NCBI GenBank assembly: GCA_963705305.1
Contig: OY970067.1
Coordinates: 928,001-992,000, forward strand
DNA from: an uncultured Methylomirabilota bacterium
GTDB taxonomy: Bacteria; Methylomirabilota; Methylomirabilia; Methylomirabilales; 2-02-FULL-66-22
Length of the DNA stretch: 64,000 bases
Direction: 5' to 3'
The translations under genes and the position numbers were made by a program. How positions within the stretch are numbered: the first letter of the stretch is position 1; every line of letters begins with the position of its first letter. This document shows positions 28,708-38,958 of this stretch, in pieces. The notes under the pieces were generated by a model. It did not search any database, was not told where the DNA came from, and saw only the letters and a program-made list of their open reading frames with translations.

Positions 28708-29040
28708 TTACCGGAGTCGGACCTGGCTAGTATGGCCCCCGCCGGCCTGGATGTGGAGGCGCACCGTCTTCACTTTCGCCAGTTTGTCACGAACGGCCTC
28801 CGGGTCCCATCCGCCTCCGGTCTCAGCATAGCGCGTGAGCCGCTCTTCGACCCGTCCGAGCGCCCGGCATACCTGGTCTTTGTCCTTTTGCTCCAGTCGC
28901 ACAGACCCCCCTTCGGCCTTCGCCTTGCTGAAGGCCGCGTTGAGGATCCGGCCGGCCTCCTCCTCGACACCGTCTCGTTGGAGTGCGTCCAGGCCCCACT
29001 CTGTCAAGCTACGTGAGAGGTTAACCCCTGATTCGCCCAT
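28708..29040 (-). CDS. Hypothetical protein
   Basis: 110-aa helical ORF with GGGGAG RBS. Confidence 0.6.
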   Translation of the reverse strand: MGESGVNLSRSLTEWGLDALQRDGVEEEAGRILNAAFSKAKAEGGSVRLEQKDKDQVCRALGRVEERLTRYAETGGGWDPEAVRDKLAKVKTVRLHIQAGGGHTSQVRLR

Positions 29041-29182
29041 CGCGTCAAGCTCCCCCTTTACCTTTCGTCTGCCTATCGCCGCATCCGTCCCTGGATCAGG
29101 CCAGGTGCTCCAGCTGTAGGCCCGCCTTCCCCGCCGGGACTTTTACCGATCCCACGAGCCGGACGTCCCTGTTCGCCTGAGC

Positions 29183-29668
29183 CTAGGCTTTCCAGTGCTG
29201 GCTGCGAGGGTCCTGGGACGTGTCGGTGCCGGCTTGGGGCCCGGGTCGGGCTCCACTCCCCTGGGCTTTCATCCTGTGCTTCCGCTGGCGCTCCGCGCTC
29301 CCGAGGGTCGCCCGGATGACGGCGAGGAGGGCCTCGAGGCGAAACGGCTTCGCGAGGCACGCCGCGGCCCCCGACTGGTAGGCAAAGCGGCTCAGGGCGG
29401 CGTCCTCGCCCAGCGTCAGGAAGACCACCGGGATCGGCGCGGTCAGGGGATTCGCCTTCAGCTGCCGGAAGACCTCGTAGCCGTCCAGGTCGGGCAGCCG
29501 GACGTCCAACAGGATGAGGGCCGGGGCCAGACTCGCCGCCGCGGTGAGGCCCTCCATCCTGTCGGCGGCCTCGAGGCTTTCATGGCCGGCGATGCGGAGC
29601 ATCTCCCGGATGGCCATCCGCAGATCGGCGTCATCACCCACGATCAACACGCACTTCTTTCCCGCCAT
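29183..29668 (-). CDS. Single-domain response regulator
   Basis: LILLDVRLPDLDG, PVVFLT, AKPF. Confidence 0.85.
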   Translation of the reverse strand: MAGKKCVLIVGDDADLRMAIREMLRIAGHESLEAADRMEGLTAAASLAPALILLDVRLPDLDGYEVFRQLKANPLTAPIPVVFLTLGEDAALSRFAYQSGAAACLAKPFRLEALLAVIRATLGSAERQRKHRMKAQGSGARPGPQAGTDTSQDPRSQHWKA

Positions 29669-30334
29669 GGTTGCTCTGTGTCCTTTCATCCAGGAGGACC
29701 AGCGCCGGGCGCTCCCTGCTGGCCATCATGCGCCCGTCCAACCCATCTGGGGACACGGCGACCCGATAGCCGTGGGCTTCCAGCCGCTCGCGCACCCTAG
29801 GTTTCGGTCCACCCAGTGATCTGTCCATATCGCGACCTGATGTGCTCTTTGGCGGCATCGATCACCGTCTGCAGGACAGCGCTCTGAAAGTATGCCGGCT
29901 CATCATGTTTGACTGTGGGGAGCCCTTTACCGCGCTCTTCCCGCGCGGCAAGCGATGTGTGGAGGATGTCCACTCGCGCGCTAAAATCAATCCCTGACCG
30001 AATGACAGTTATTGAAAATCGAATCCCGCCGATAGGTCCTGCGCTCCGGCATCACCTGCGATGGTCTTGATTGTTGTCATTTTCAGGAGCCTCCCCGTTT
30101 TTTGCACGCAGCAGCCCCTCATAGAATATTACTGTCTGGAGGATCTAAAAATCACCCTCGATGCCTTCCATGGGGCCTCCTCTCCCACGGTGGTCAACGT
30201 CATAATGATCACGCGTCCCGAAGACGCTCCAGCGTCGCCTCGAGGAGCCATCCCAAGTCCTGCTCCTTGGCTGCTTGACGCCTGTTTCGCTTCCGCCGGC
30301 TGAGGGCTACCCGGCAGCGACCGAAGCACGCCGC

Positions 30335-30637
30335 TCAGGACTCCGGCAAGGGGAGTTCCCGCTCCCCGATCTGAATCAAGGGGGAGCCGTCGGGCCGAAG
30401 GCCGATCCGGAGGCGCTCCTTCCCCAGGCGGTCGTAGAAGATCACGTGTGGCGCGTGCGCGTCGATGTCCAGCCGGGCCCGGATCTCGCCGCGCTCATCC
30501 TGCACCACAAATTCTCGCGCCTCCACCTTCCGGCTCGTGACGAGGGCGCGCACCTGGACTTCCACGTTCTTCAGGCGGTCAACGATCATGTCCAGCCGGG
30601 CGGTCAGCCCTCTGTGCTCGGGTGCTTCTGGGGTCAT
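30335..30637 (-). CDS. Hypothetical protein related to the repeat protein at 31405-32169
   Basis: VEAREFVVQDERGEIRARL vs VEAEGFVVKDAAGKVRAML. Confidence 0.7.
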   Translation of the reverse strand: MTPEAPEHRGLTARLDMIVDRLKNVEVQVRALVTSRKVEAREFVVQDERGEIRARLDIDAHAPHVIFYDRLGKERLRIGLRPDGSPLIQIGERELPLPES

Positions 30638-30688
30638 CGCTGGTCCTCATCGTTAGAGCCGGCGCTCTCTTCGTGTCCGGCAGGCTTC

Positions 30689-31153
30689 TCAGGCGAAGCC
30701 CTCGGTACCCAACCCCGCCTGCTCTGCCAGGATCTTCAGGAGCTCCCTCAGCCGGTTCGCGCGGTCTTCCCGGCAGAGCGGCTCCGCCATGCCCCAGGTA
30801 TTCACCTCGGCAACGATCTTCAGAGCGGCCGCAAGACCCCGCACCTGCTGGGGGCTCATTTCGCTGAAGAGGATACCGCTCTGGTACTCTTCCGACTGAG
30901 GTCGTTCGGCAGGGTACTCCCAGGTGGAAGGCCGCGTCCAGACGATCCGGCCGGACAGGTGTAGCCGACCCAGGGCCCAAGGGAGGTCTACGGTGCAGGG
31001 CTGTCCCTTCTCGAGGAGCGCCTCGTGTGCGATGCGCGTCCCTTTGATACTTAGGTCCAGGAGGGTCGGGGCCTGGAAACCCGGCTCGGGACAGCCAAGG
31101 TCGTGCGGGACGGGGAGGCGTATGAATTGGCGGCGCTCGACTCTTCTGCCCAT
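30689..31153 (-). CDS. PilZ-domain protein
   Basis: ERRQFIR (RxxxR) and DLSIKG (DxSxxG). Confidence 0.85.
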   Translation of the reverse strand: MGRRVERRQFIRLPVPHDLGCPEPGFQAPTLLDLSIKGTRIAHEALLEKGQPCTVDLPWALGRLHLSGRIVWTRPSTWEYPAERPQSEEYQSGILFSEMSPQQVRGLAAALKIVAEVNTWGMAEPLCREDRANRLRELLKILAEQAGLGTEGFA

Positions 31154-31404
31154 GGTCCCCTCCACTTCTCTCCCCCGTGGGGATCCACGCCGGGCGGACG
31201 TGAGGTCCGACGCCTGAGGAATCAGGCGAAATCCTCCGGCCCTAAGCCCGCCTGCCTGGCCAACACCTTCACCAGCTCCCGAAGACGGATCTCTTTGTCC
31301 GTCCGAGCCTCCAGACGCCTGCGCCGACTGAGAGCTGCCAGAATCTTTCCCGAGCACCATCGCTCGCTCCAGGGTCTCCGCCTAATTAACCAAGCCAAAC
31401 GTTT

Positions 31405-32169
31405 TCATGGCACCGACCAGATCTCCTTGCCGGTCTCATCGCGCAGCTGCAGCGTCGGCCCGTCCTTGGTCACGCCCAGCGCGGCGCGGTTCTTGCTATT
31501 CTCATCGAGCAGGGTAAAGAATGGTGAACCGTTGCCCCTCACAAAAAGCGCCGCACGTGTCTTCGCAACACTGTCAAATAGACGAAGGCCCGGCGATCCA
31601 TCAGGAGCCACGAGTAACCAGGCCCGAGGGGTTCCAGACTTATCTATGAGCATGAGGCCCGGCCCTCCATCGCGCCCGACATCGGCCCGCACAATCAACC
31701 CCAAACGTATGTTCCCGTTCTGGTCGAACAGACGCAGCCTTGGTTCGTCCTCTTTCAGGTCCAATGCGGCGCGGTTCTTTCCATTCTCATCGGACAGATT
31801 TAACACCGGCCCGGCCTTGGACACGCCCAGCCCAATGGTGGTCTTGCCGATCTCGTCGGACAGCAGCAGCATTGGCCCGTCCTTGCCCACGGTCAGCATG
31901 ACGCGCGGCTTCCCGTTCTCATCGAGCAGGGACAACCCCGGCCCATTCTCGTCCACGTCCAGCATGGCGCGGACCTTGCCCGCCGCGTCTTTAACGACAA
32001 ACCCCTCCGCCTCCACTGTCCGCGCCCGCGGCATTGCCTGGCCCATGAGGAGCCCAGCGGCGGCCAGTACCACGACCGCAATCCCCGCCCCCCGCAACCT
32101 CCGGTTCTGCCGCTCCACCTTCTCCAGGCGGGCCACCACTGCCGCCAGTGCCCCTTCATACGCGCTCAT
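31405..32169 (-). CDS. Membrane-anchored protein with about nine tandem ~22-aa beta repeats
   Basis: Repeats of GPxLxLxDxxGKxRxxLxV after a coiled coil and TM. Confidence 0.85.
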   Translation of the reverse strand: MSAYEGALAAVVARLEKVERQNRRLRGAGIAVVVLAAAGLLMGQAMPRARTVEAEGFVVKDAAGKVRAMLDVDENGPGLSLLDENGKPRVMLTVGKDGPMLLLSDEIGKTTIGLGVSKAGPVLNLSDENGKNRAALDLKEDEPRLRLFDQNGNIRLGLIVRADVGRDGGPGLMLIDKSGTPRAWLLVAPDGSPGLRLFDSVAKTRAALFVRGNGSPFFTLLDENSKNRAALGVTKDGPTLQLRDETGKEIWSVP

Positions 32170-32183
32170 GGCCGTGCCCCTCT

Positions 32184-32531
32184 CTATTGAAAGATGAACA
32201 GAAAGAGCGACACCACTAAGACGGTAAGGCACCCATAGATAATGATTTGCTGGGTCTCCTCGTCTAAGCTCCGCTGGCGCTGGCCGCCAAAGAAGAAGCC
32301 GCCCGTTGCCGCAGAGAGTCCCACGACGAGAACGAGAACAAGCATCAGCACGAGGTAGGAAAGGAGCCAGGACCAGAGGAGAGCTCCGATCCCGTCAGTC
32401 CAAGGCGTCTTCCCGTCGTGGCGAACCTCATACACGAAAGACATGACCAACGCGGTCCCAAACAGCAAGCAGTTCCGCTTCACCCGCCGGGAGAACTTCC
32501 TTTTCGAGCCTGGCGCTTGCATGACGCTCAT
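32184..32531 (-). CDS. Three-TM membrane protein
   Basis: Hydrophobic segments; start overlaps the upstream stop. Confidence 0.6.
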   Translation of the reverse strand: MSVMQAPGSKRKFSRRVKRNCLLFGTALVMSFVYEVRHDGKTPWTDGIGALLWSWLLSYLVLMLVLVLVVGLSAATGGFFFGGQRQRSLDEETQQIIIYGCLTVLVVSLFLFIFQ

Positions 32532-32716
32532 TGCTGCGCCGTCCCCCGTCGCAACCCCTGCACCCGTGCCAGCGTCCGCGTGAGGGCCTCCTCCACCTGG
32601 GCAAGCTCCGCCGCCCGGCTTGCCTGCCAGGCGGCCTTGCGACACTTGGTCGAGCAGAACCGACCCCGGCTATTCTTCGGCTCAAAATCGGCCTCACAAC
32701 GTTCGCACCTTGCCAA
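32528..32716 (-). CDS. Small zinc-finger protein
   Basis: CERC...F.P.....RFCSTKCR. Confidence 0.7.
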   Translation of the reverse strand: MARCERCEADFEPKNSRGRFCSTKCRKAAWQASRAAELAQVEEALTRTLARVQGLRRGTAQQ

Positions 32717-33069
32717 TGGCTACTCCCCTACTCCTTTTCCGTTCTGACGCAATCTCGGCCACAAAAAGGCCGCCAGGACGGCAAGGCAGGGGCATTCTGA
32801 GACCGCCTCAGCCTGCACGATAGTCCGCCTTGCCGACCATTTTGTCCAGGGGCGATCTCCTCCCGGCGGTTGGGGGGGATGGGGGCCCTCAGTCGAGGAG
32901 CGATTGAAGACAATGTCGGGCATTGCTACCCCCGTCGGCGGTCAGGCTGTCCAGGGGGTATCCCCAGTGCGGATGAATCGGGCTTGCTTGGCTGCCGACA
33001 TTTGCCCAAAGGGTCGCAGCAGCACGGAGGGTTCTGCAGTGAGATAAGGTGGGGGCCAGCAGGGCACTG

Positions 33070-33264
33070 TCAGGATGACCCCTGCCGGGGTCCCTGGACT
33101 TTCGCTGCCGTCTGCCACAGCCGCTTGATCTCCTGCAGCACCTCAGCCCGCCGGAGGACCCCGCGGCGTTCCAGGACGTTCAGCAGCGCCTCGAACTCGA
33201 ACGCCTGGGCCAGGACGACTTCTTCCAGGGGCACCGCACTCCCACGTTCCATTGGCGTGGCCAT
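33070..33264 (-). CDS. Small hypothetical protein
   Basis: EALLNVLERRGVL..AEVLQEIKRL; AGAGG RBS. Confidence 0.65.
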   Translation of the reverse strand: MATPMERGSAVPLEEVVLAQAFEFEALLNVLERRGVLRRAEVLQEIKRLWQTAAKVQGPRQGSS

Positions 33265-33468
33265 GGGCAACCTCTTCTCGTGATCCCGGCACGGGCGGGC
33301 TACGGCATCAGAAGCTAATGGGTCTTTAGTTCGAGTCCTGTATGGCTCCCCGGGCAGGGCGAATCTGATGCTATGAAAGCGCTGCGCCTCCTGAGCACTG
33401 CAGCGTATGCTGCGGTCGACCCGGGAGGGGGTGCGGGCGGGGTCCCCGCTGAGAGGAGGCGCGCTGCC

Positions 33469-34544
33469 ATGGAGTACATCGCGTTCGATGCCCACAAGCG
33501 GTACACCCAGGTCTCGGTGGAGACGGAGGACGGCCAGCGCCGGTACGAGGGCCGGATCGACCACGTCCGGGGCGCCCTGCAGCAATTCCTCGCGACCCGC
33601 GAGCGGGGTTCGCCGGTGGCGGTCGAGACCGTCGGCACCTGGGACTGGATCGTGGACGAGATCGAAGCGGCCGGCCAGGTCCCGCAGCTGGTCCACGCGC
33701 GCAAGGCGAAGCTCCTGCGCGGCCTGGGGACCAAGACCGACACGCTCGACGCGCGGGGGCGGACCCGGCTGCAGCGGGCCGGGACGCTCCCCACGGTGTG
33801 GATCCCGCCCGGCCCCCTCCGGGATCAGCGGGATCTCCCCCGCACCCGCATGGTCCTCACCCGGGAGCGCACCCGGCTCAAGAATCGGATCCACGCCACC
33901 CTGGCCAAGGACCGGCCTGCGCCTGGAGGGGACGAGCGATCTCTTCGGGCGCCGCGGGCGCCAGTGGCTCCTCACCACCGCCCTCCCCCTGCTGGCGCCG
34001 CACAGTCGGGACCGCCACGGAGCGCCTCCTGGAGCAGCTGGACGTCGTGTCGGCCCAGATCGAGGGCTTCGAGCCGCGCCGGCGCGCGGTCTTTGCGCCC
34101 ACCCCGGAGCTCCAGCTCCTCCGGACGCTCCCCGGGGTCGGGTGGGTGCTGGCCGTGGTCCTCCGCCTGGAGATCGGCGACATCCGCCGCTTCCCGCGCG
34201 CGGCGCAGCTCGCCGCCTATGCCGGCACCACGCCGCGCGTGCACGCCAGCGGGGGCCGCGTCCACTACGGCCAGCTCCGGGTGGACATCACTCGCTACCT
34301 CAAGTGGGCCTTCGTCGAGGCGGCGAGTCCCACCGACCGCACGCGCCCCGCCCGGCCGCACCGCCACGTCCGTTGCCTCTATACGCGCATCCAGCAGCGG
34401 AAGGGGCACGCGACGGCAATCGGCGCGGTCGCGCGCCACTTGGCGGAAGCCACCTATTGGATCCTGACCAAGCGGGAACCGGACCCGCGACCCGGCGGCC
34501 CGCCCGGCGTCGTCCACGGAGGGACCAGCGCGAAGTGCCCATGA
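33469..34544 (+). pseudogene. IS110-family DEDD transposase, frameshifted near 33915
   Basis: [40 protein letters not shown]. Confidence 0.9.
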
Positions 34545-34625
34545 GCGGGAGACGCTCGGAATCTGATTGCGACGTCCCTCCGGGACACCATCATGCCGCG
34601 ATGACGGCGAAGATATGGTTCCGAT
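34518..34625 (+). ncRNA. Predicted bridge/seek RNA core: target-binding loop 34518-34581, weaker donor loop to ~34623
   Basis: Stem GGAGGGAC/GTCCCTCC enclosing guides AGTGCCCAT and GAATCTGAT, which match both flanks. Confidence 0.75.
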
Positions 34626-34924
34626 GACACCGGCACCCGAGGCCCGCAACCCGTAGGGAGGGAGACCGAACCACCCACAACCGCGCGCGGGATCGTCCGC
34701 CGGCCCTGCGCCCCACCTTCGGGCGCGCTGGGCCGAGAGGGGGTTGTGTATCTTCCGATCGGCACTTTATTTGTATTGCCCGGAGCAGCGCTTTCAGATA
34801 TGGGCACTGGGAGGATAGGATTTCGGTGGAGTGAAAGCTAGCCCCGCGATTCAGCCGCGCCGGTTTGCGTGGAGGTCATTGTAGGCTTTGGCTGCGAGTG
34901 CATGTGACGCAGTGTCCGGAGAGT

Positions 34925-35869
34925 TCACGTCGCCGGGTTCCTGCCGATGTACGCGGGTTTGGTTGGCTTCCTTGAGGAGGCGGTCAGCCGCAGCGTGCCA
35001 TACCCTCTCTTCAGAGATAGCTCGCAGTGTTGTCTCGATGCCAGCTTGGAGAATTTCCTCATCTTCTTTCGCCACGCCGGAGCCGCGTAGAGCTTCGCGC
35101 CGATGTAGTGGAATTCGCTCTGAGTCCTGAAAAAGAACCCCGGTTCTCCAGTTAGGCTTGCATAAGGCAGTGTGCTGACGTCGTCAAAGTCCAGCATGAG
35201 GAGATGTTGTTCGGCGTACTGGTTGACTTTGCTATTCAGGCCAAGGACGTAGTCTCTCGCTTCCGAAACGGAGAGGCGCTCACGCGTTTTGATAGCACCG
35301 CTAAGCATGTCGCGGAGGGTGATGTCGGTTATTCGCCCTTTGGGCACCCAGAATGTCAGGCGCGTGTGGTGGTAGTACGACTTTGGGCAGTACACATCAA
35401 AAGAGAAATCACGAATCCGCGGATTGTCCGCGACAAGAAGGTCGAGAATGTGGGCGGTCGAAACGGGGGGAATCTCTTTCCACGCTCTCTCGATGAACAT
35501 CCGAACAAAAGAGATGTGTCTTTGAACGTCCCGCAGGTACGTTGGAACGTACTCGCCATAGTCGGCCTTCTCGCGTTGCTTGTACAGCACACTGAGTAGG
35601 CGACCGTACCGGGGCGGGAAGCCTCGGCGCGTTATCCATTCCTTGCCAAATTGGCCCCTAATGGCGTCGTGGTTCTTTGCGCTGTTTCCGACCAAGCGCA
35701 GCATGGCCACGGCGACATGATGGACGGTGTAGTACAACCGGTTCACAGCTCCGAGACGGGTCTGGCCGCTCGGTGCAAGGGCCTCGGCTTCCGCCAGCGT
35801 GTCAAGCGCCTTCGCCATCCACCAGTGCGCGTGTTCCAGCGATTTGGAGTTGTAGGGCCGTCGCTTCAT
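34925..35869 (-). CDS. HEPN domain fused to a putative AEP (primase-polymerase)-like domain
   Basis: AVNRLYY, KNH, R EKADY (HEPN); LGLNS, HLLMLDFDD, RT..FHYIG, G..TLRLT. Confidence 0.7.
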   Translation of the reverse strand: MKRRPYNSKSLEHAHWWMAKALDTLAEAEALAPSGQTRLGAVNRLYYTVHHVAVAMLRLVGNSAKNHDAIRGQFGKEWITRRGFPPRYGRLLSVLYKQREKADYGEYVPTYLRDVQRHISFVRMFIERAWKEIPPVSTAHILDLLVADNPRIRDFSFDVYCPKSYYHHTRLTFWVPKGRITDITLRDMLSGAIKTRERLSVSEARDYVLGLNSKVNQYAEQHLLMLDFDDVSTLPYASLTGEPGFFFRTQSEFHYIGAKLYAAPAWRKKMRKFSKLASRQHCELSLKRGYGTLRLTASSRKPTKPAYIGRNPAT

Positions 35870-36007
35870 TTCGGCATCTCCGCGAGAGTCGGCCTTGCTC
35901 GTTATTAGTGCATAGGAGTCCCTGAGCCGCCGGAGGAGAAAGGAAGAAATACTGCGGGAGCGTATCGAGGGGGTCGCGGGGTGTCAATCACATCCGCCCC
36001 CGTTGCA

Positions 36008-36063
36008 GTAACACGGGGGGCTACGGATACAAGACCGGGGAGGGGGGAGGTCCGGTCCGAGAA
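36008..36063 (-). repeat. Inverted paralog of 16022-16078
   Basis: Reverse-complement alignment. Confidence 0.85.
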
Positions 36064-36275
36064 AAGGCAGAGTCCCAAGCCAGGGGTGGATCATCGCATC
36101 TTCCCCATCCCTCTTCCCTCTGTACGAATCATAATCATTCAGAAGCACTGGAACCAGGCCGTGCTTCCTGCTATGCTACGCCGGCATTCAGACCATCCAA
36201 TCCACCTGGGCGGCGAGGCACCACGGGCTGCCATCCATCCCACACACCCCGTTGTTGGAGGGAGGAGACACATCC

Positions 36276-36545
36276 ATGCCAACGAATCTCACCGCCACCC
36301 TACGGAAAGCCCTGGCTGAACTGGTAACCGAACAGGCCCGCTTGGACCGGCAGATTGCAGGGATTCGGCAGATTCTCGCAGGAGATGAGCGAGGGCCAGT
36401 TCGGCGTGTCCCCCCCAAGCGGCGAGCCACGGGACGGAAGCCGATGAGTGCCAAGGCCCGGAAGGCGCTGAGCCGGCGGATGAAGGCGTACTGGGCGAAG
36501 CGGAGGGCGGCGGGGATGATGGGCAGCGAGAAGAAAGGCAGGTAG
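36276..36545 (+). CDS. Small basic putative DNA-binding protein
   Basis: Coiled coil plus MSAKARKALSRRMKAYWAKRR; GGAGG RBS. Confidence 0.75.
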   Translation: MPTNLTATLRKALAELVTEQARLDRQIAGIRQILAGDERGPVRRVPPKRRATGRKPMSAKARKALSRRMKAYWAKRRAAGMMGSEKKGR

Positions 36546-36582
36546 CTCGAAACGTCGATTTACACTGGATTGGAGGATTGCC

Positions 36583-37080
36583 ATGAAGAAAGTGAACGAA
36601 TTTGACATCGCCCCACGGATCATGAAGCGCATCGAGGACGGAGCGTTTCTGACCGTCGCGGCTAAAGACCGGCTGAATGTGATGACCATCGGGTGGGGCC
36701 TCGTCGGGGTTCTCTGGCAGCGATCGGTCTTTATGGTCGCCGTGCGCAAGAACCGTCATACCTTCGGGCTGATGGAGGCTGCCGAGAGCTTTACGGTAAG
36801 CGTGCCGACGAAAGACATGCACAAGGAACTTGAATTTTGCGGCTCGATGTCCGGCCGGACGGTCGACAAGCTCAAGGAGTGCAAGCTCGCCACCCGGAAA
36901 GCCCAGAAGGTCAGTTCCCCGGTTTTGGCCATCCCGGGCTACCATTACGAGTGCCAACGTTTGTACAAGAGCGCCCTGGACCCAAAGATGCTGGACAAGG
37001 ATCTCGGTGAGCTCTATCCGAAAAAGGACTACCACACCCTCTATTTTGGGGAGATCGTTGCCTGCTACCAGACCGAATAA
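36583..37080 (+). CDS. Flavin reductase-like FMN-binding protein
   Basis: NVMTIGWG, FCGSMSGR..DK, YHTLYFGEI. Confidence 0.9.
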   Translation: MKKVNEFDIAPRIMKRIEDGAFLTVAAKDRLNVMTIGWGLVGVLWQRSVFMVAVRKNRHTFGLMEAAESFTVSVPTKDMHKELEFCGSMSGRTVDKLKECKLATRKAQKVSSPVLAIPGYHYECQRLYKSALDPKMLDKDLGELYPKKDYHTLYFGEIVACYQTE

Positions 37081-37147
37081 CTCACCCTGCCATTCTCGTA
37101 TTTGGAAGAGTGAGGGGCCTGAGGGGCCACGGAGGAGAAGTGCGGCG

Positions 37148-37450
37148 GTGAAACACGAGGAACGGATCCGCCACGTGGTAATCACCCTCTCAGCCCTGGT
37201 GTTTATCGGGATGCTCCTCCCGGTCTGGAGCCTCGATTACCTGGCCCCCACACCGGGCACGAGCTACTGCGTCCTGTGCCTCGCGGAGACGTTCGGCATG
37301 GCCACGGCCGCGGGATACGTGGACATTGCCAGAGCCCTCCGGCGTGTCGGCACGTACCAGCCAGATCGATACGACACCTTTCAGGGCAAGTGCGTGACGC
37401 ATACCGGACCGAGGGGGGCCGGGACGTTCTGGGTGATTTGCGCACGGTAG
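37148..37450 (+). CDS. Small hypothetical protein
   Basis: GTG start after GGAGGAG; hydrophobic N-terminus; four Cys. Confidence 0.45.
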   Translation: MKHEERIRHVVITLSALVFIGMLLPVWSLDYLAPTPGTSYCVLCLAETFGMATAAGYVDIARALRRVGTYQPDRYDTFQGKCVTHTGPRGAGTFWVICAR

Positions 37451-37531
37451 CGGAGAGCGGAATCCCCAACAGCCCCGGAGTGCCTGTGCAGGATTGGATC
37501 GGTCGGGTGGAGCAGGTGTGAGGAGGCCATC

Positions 37532-37696
37532 ATGCCGACATACGATTTTCGCTGCCGTGCCTGCAAGAGAACGTTCTCTATGACGATGGGCATTACGGCG
37601 CGGGGGCGCAAGCGGATCAAATGCCCGAAGTGCGCGTCGCAGAAAGTCGAGCCGGTGTTCTCCCCGTTCTTTGCGAAGACCGCGCGCAAGGCGTAA
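37532..37696 (+). CDS. FmdB-family zinc-ribbon protein (below the ORF-track cutoff)
   Basis: MPTYDFRCRAC...CPKC...FFAKTARKA; GAGGAGG RBS. Confidence 0.88.
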   Translation: MPTYDFRCRACKRTFSMTMGITARGRKRIKCPKCASQKVEPVFSPFFAKTARKA

Positions 37697-38424
37697 GGGC
37701 CGAGTGCCGTCGGGAACCTCGAGCCGCCCCGGCGGGTATTTCGGGTCCCCCGAGGCAGCGGGATCAGGGAGAGCACGAGAGCGCATCACACAGGCCGAAG
37801 GAGAAGTGCGGGCGGGCCGTGCGGGGGACCGCGCTCACCAGGCGGCCCGTGGTCCCCCGGTTCCTCCGCGCCGGCGCACCAGCGGATGCACCTCGACCCG
37901 AAACGCCTGAGCCGTCGCCCAGCGGGAATCTCTCCAGGCATCGGTCGTACGCCGCCAGCGCCCATTTTCCCGTACACGGCACCATCAGCGGTGAATGGTT
38001 CCCAGTAAGTACACCCTGTGTGCCGGGCCCCCGGCACCCCAACGGAGACATGGTTCTTCTCCTCAAGCCGTAGCGGGCTTTCCTCCAATCGAACCAGTCT
38101 GGTTGGGTCGACGATCGGCACAGCACCCCAAACGCCTCGCTCCTTCGGTGAGACCCCGTCCGACCGCATCTCGTTTCCATTCGGCACGCTCCTCAACTCG
38201 GCGGCCAGGGTTTCCTCAGGTATTTCTCAGGTGTTCTTGACAGGCCAAAGAGGCCGGGAGTACCCTTCGGACTGCTGTCCCCCCGTGACGACCGACGGGG
38301 GAGTCCCCATGGGATCAGCCAGGGACAGGGCGCTGGATCGAACTTGGCCAGGGTGACGTCGATTGTCGGGGATATCCACTGGATCGATGACTATGAGCTA
38401 TCGGGAACCAAAGGGAGGCGAGCC

Positions 38425-38787
38425 ATGAAGGTCGTAAAAATACACCAGGTCCCCGCCGAGCCCGGCAGCGGCACGCTGTTTACTGGACCCGTCACGCGCC
38501 AGCCGATCATCACCGGCGACATGAGCAAGCAGTTCATCGCGAGCCAGGTCAATTTCGGTAAAGGGGTCCGGAACAAGTTTCATGTCCACACCAGCGACCA
38601 GATACTCATTGTGACCTCAGGAAAGGGCATCTGTGCCACTGAAACGGAAGAGGTAACCGTCGGCCCGGGGGATATTATCCTGTTCCCGGCGGGGGAGAGG
38701 CACTGGCACGGAGCAACGACGGACTCCGTTTTTTCCCACATCTACGTGGCAGGCGTGGACAACAAGACGACCCAGGTTGAGAAGTAA
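38425..38787 (+). CDS. Cupin-domain protein
   Basis: HVHTSDQIL..G.G; GD...PAGERHWHGA. Confidence 0.9.
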   Translation: MKVVKIHQVPAEPGSGTLFTGPVTRQPIITGDMSKQFIASQVNFGKGVRNKFHVHTSDQILIVTSGKGICATETEEVTVGPGDIILFPAGERHWHGATTDSVFSHIYVAGVDNKTTQVEK

Positions 38788-38958
38788 CGCCTCTCAAATC
38801 TTCCCTTGAGACGCGTATGTAAAGCGGGACGTTCGACTTCCCCGCCCGACTCGCGACGCTGCCGCGTGCTCGCCTGTCGCGAGGACGCCGGGAGTGTCCC
38901 GACGCGGCGTTCCGTACTCCGCAATCCAACCGAAGTGTGCCCCCTACCCAACGCATGT

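Larger units (their letters stand above)
33368..34799 (+). mobile_element. IS110-superfamily element of IS1111 type
   Basis: Perfect 12-bp subterminal IRs TGAAAGCGCTGC (33374-33385) and GCAGCGCTTTCA (34785-34796); long right non-coding end. Confidence 0.88.

Noticed and set aside
29690..29860. Second response regulator
   Set aside because: Only a decayed partial receiver fragment (GYRV...PALVLLD); not a functional gene.
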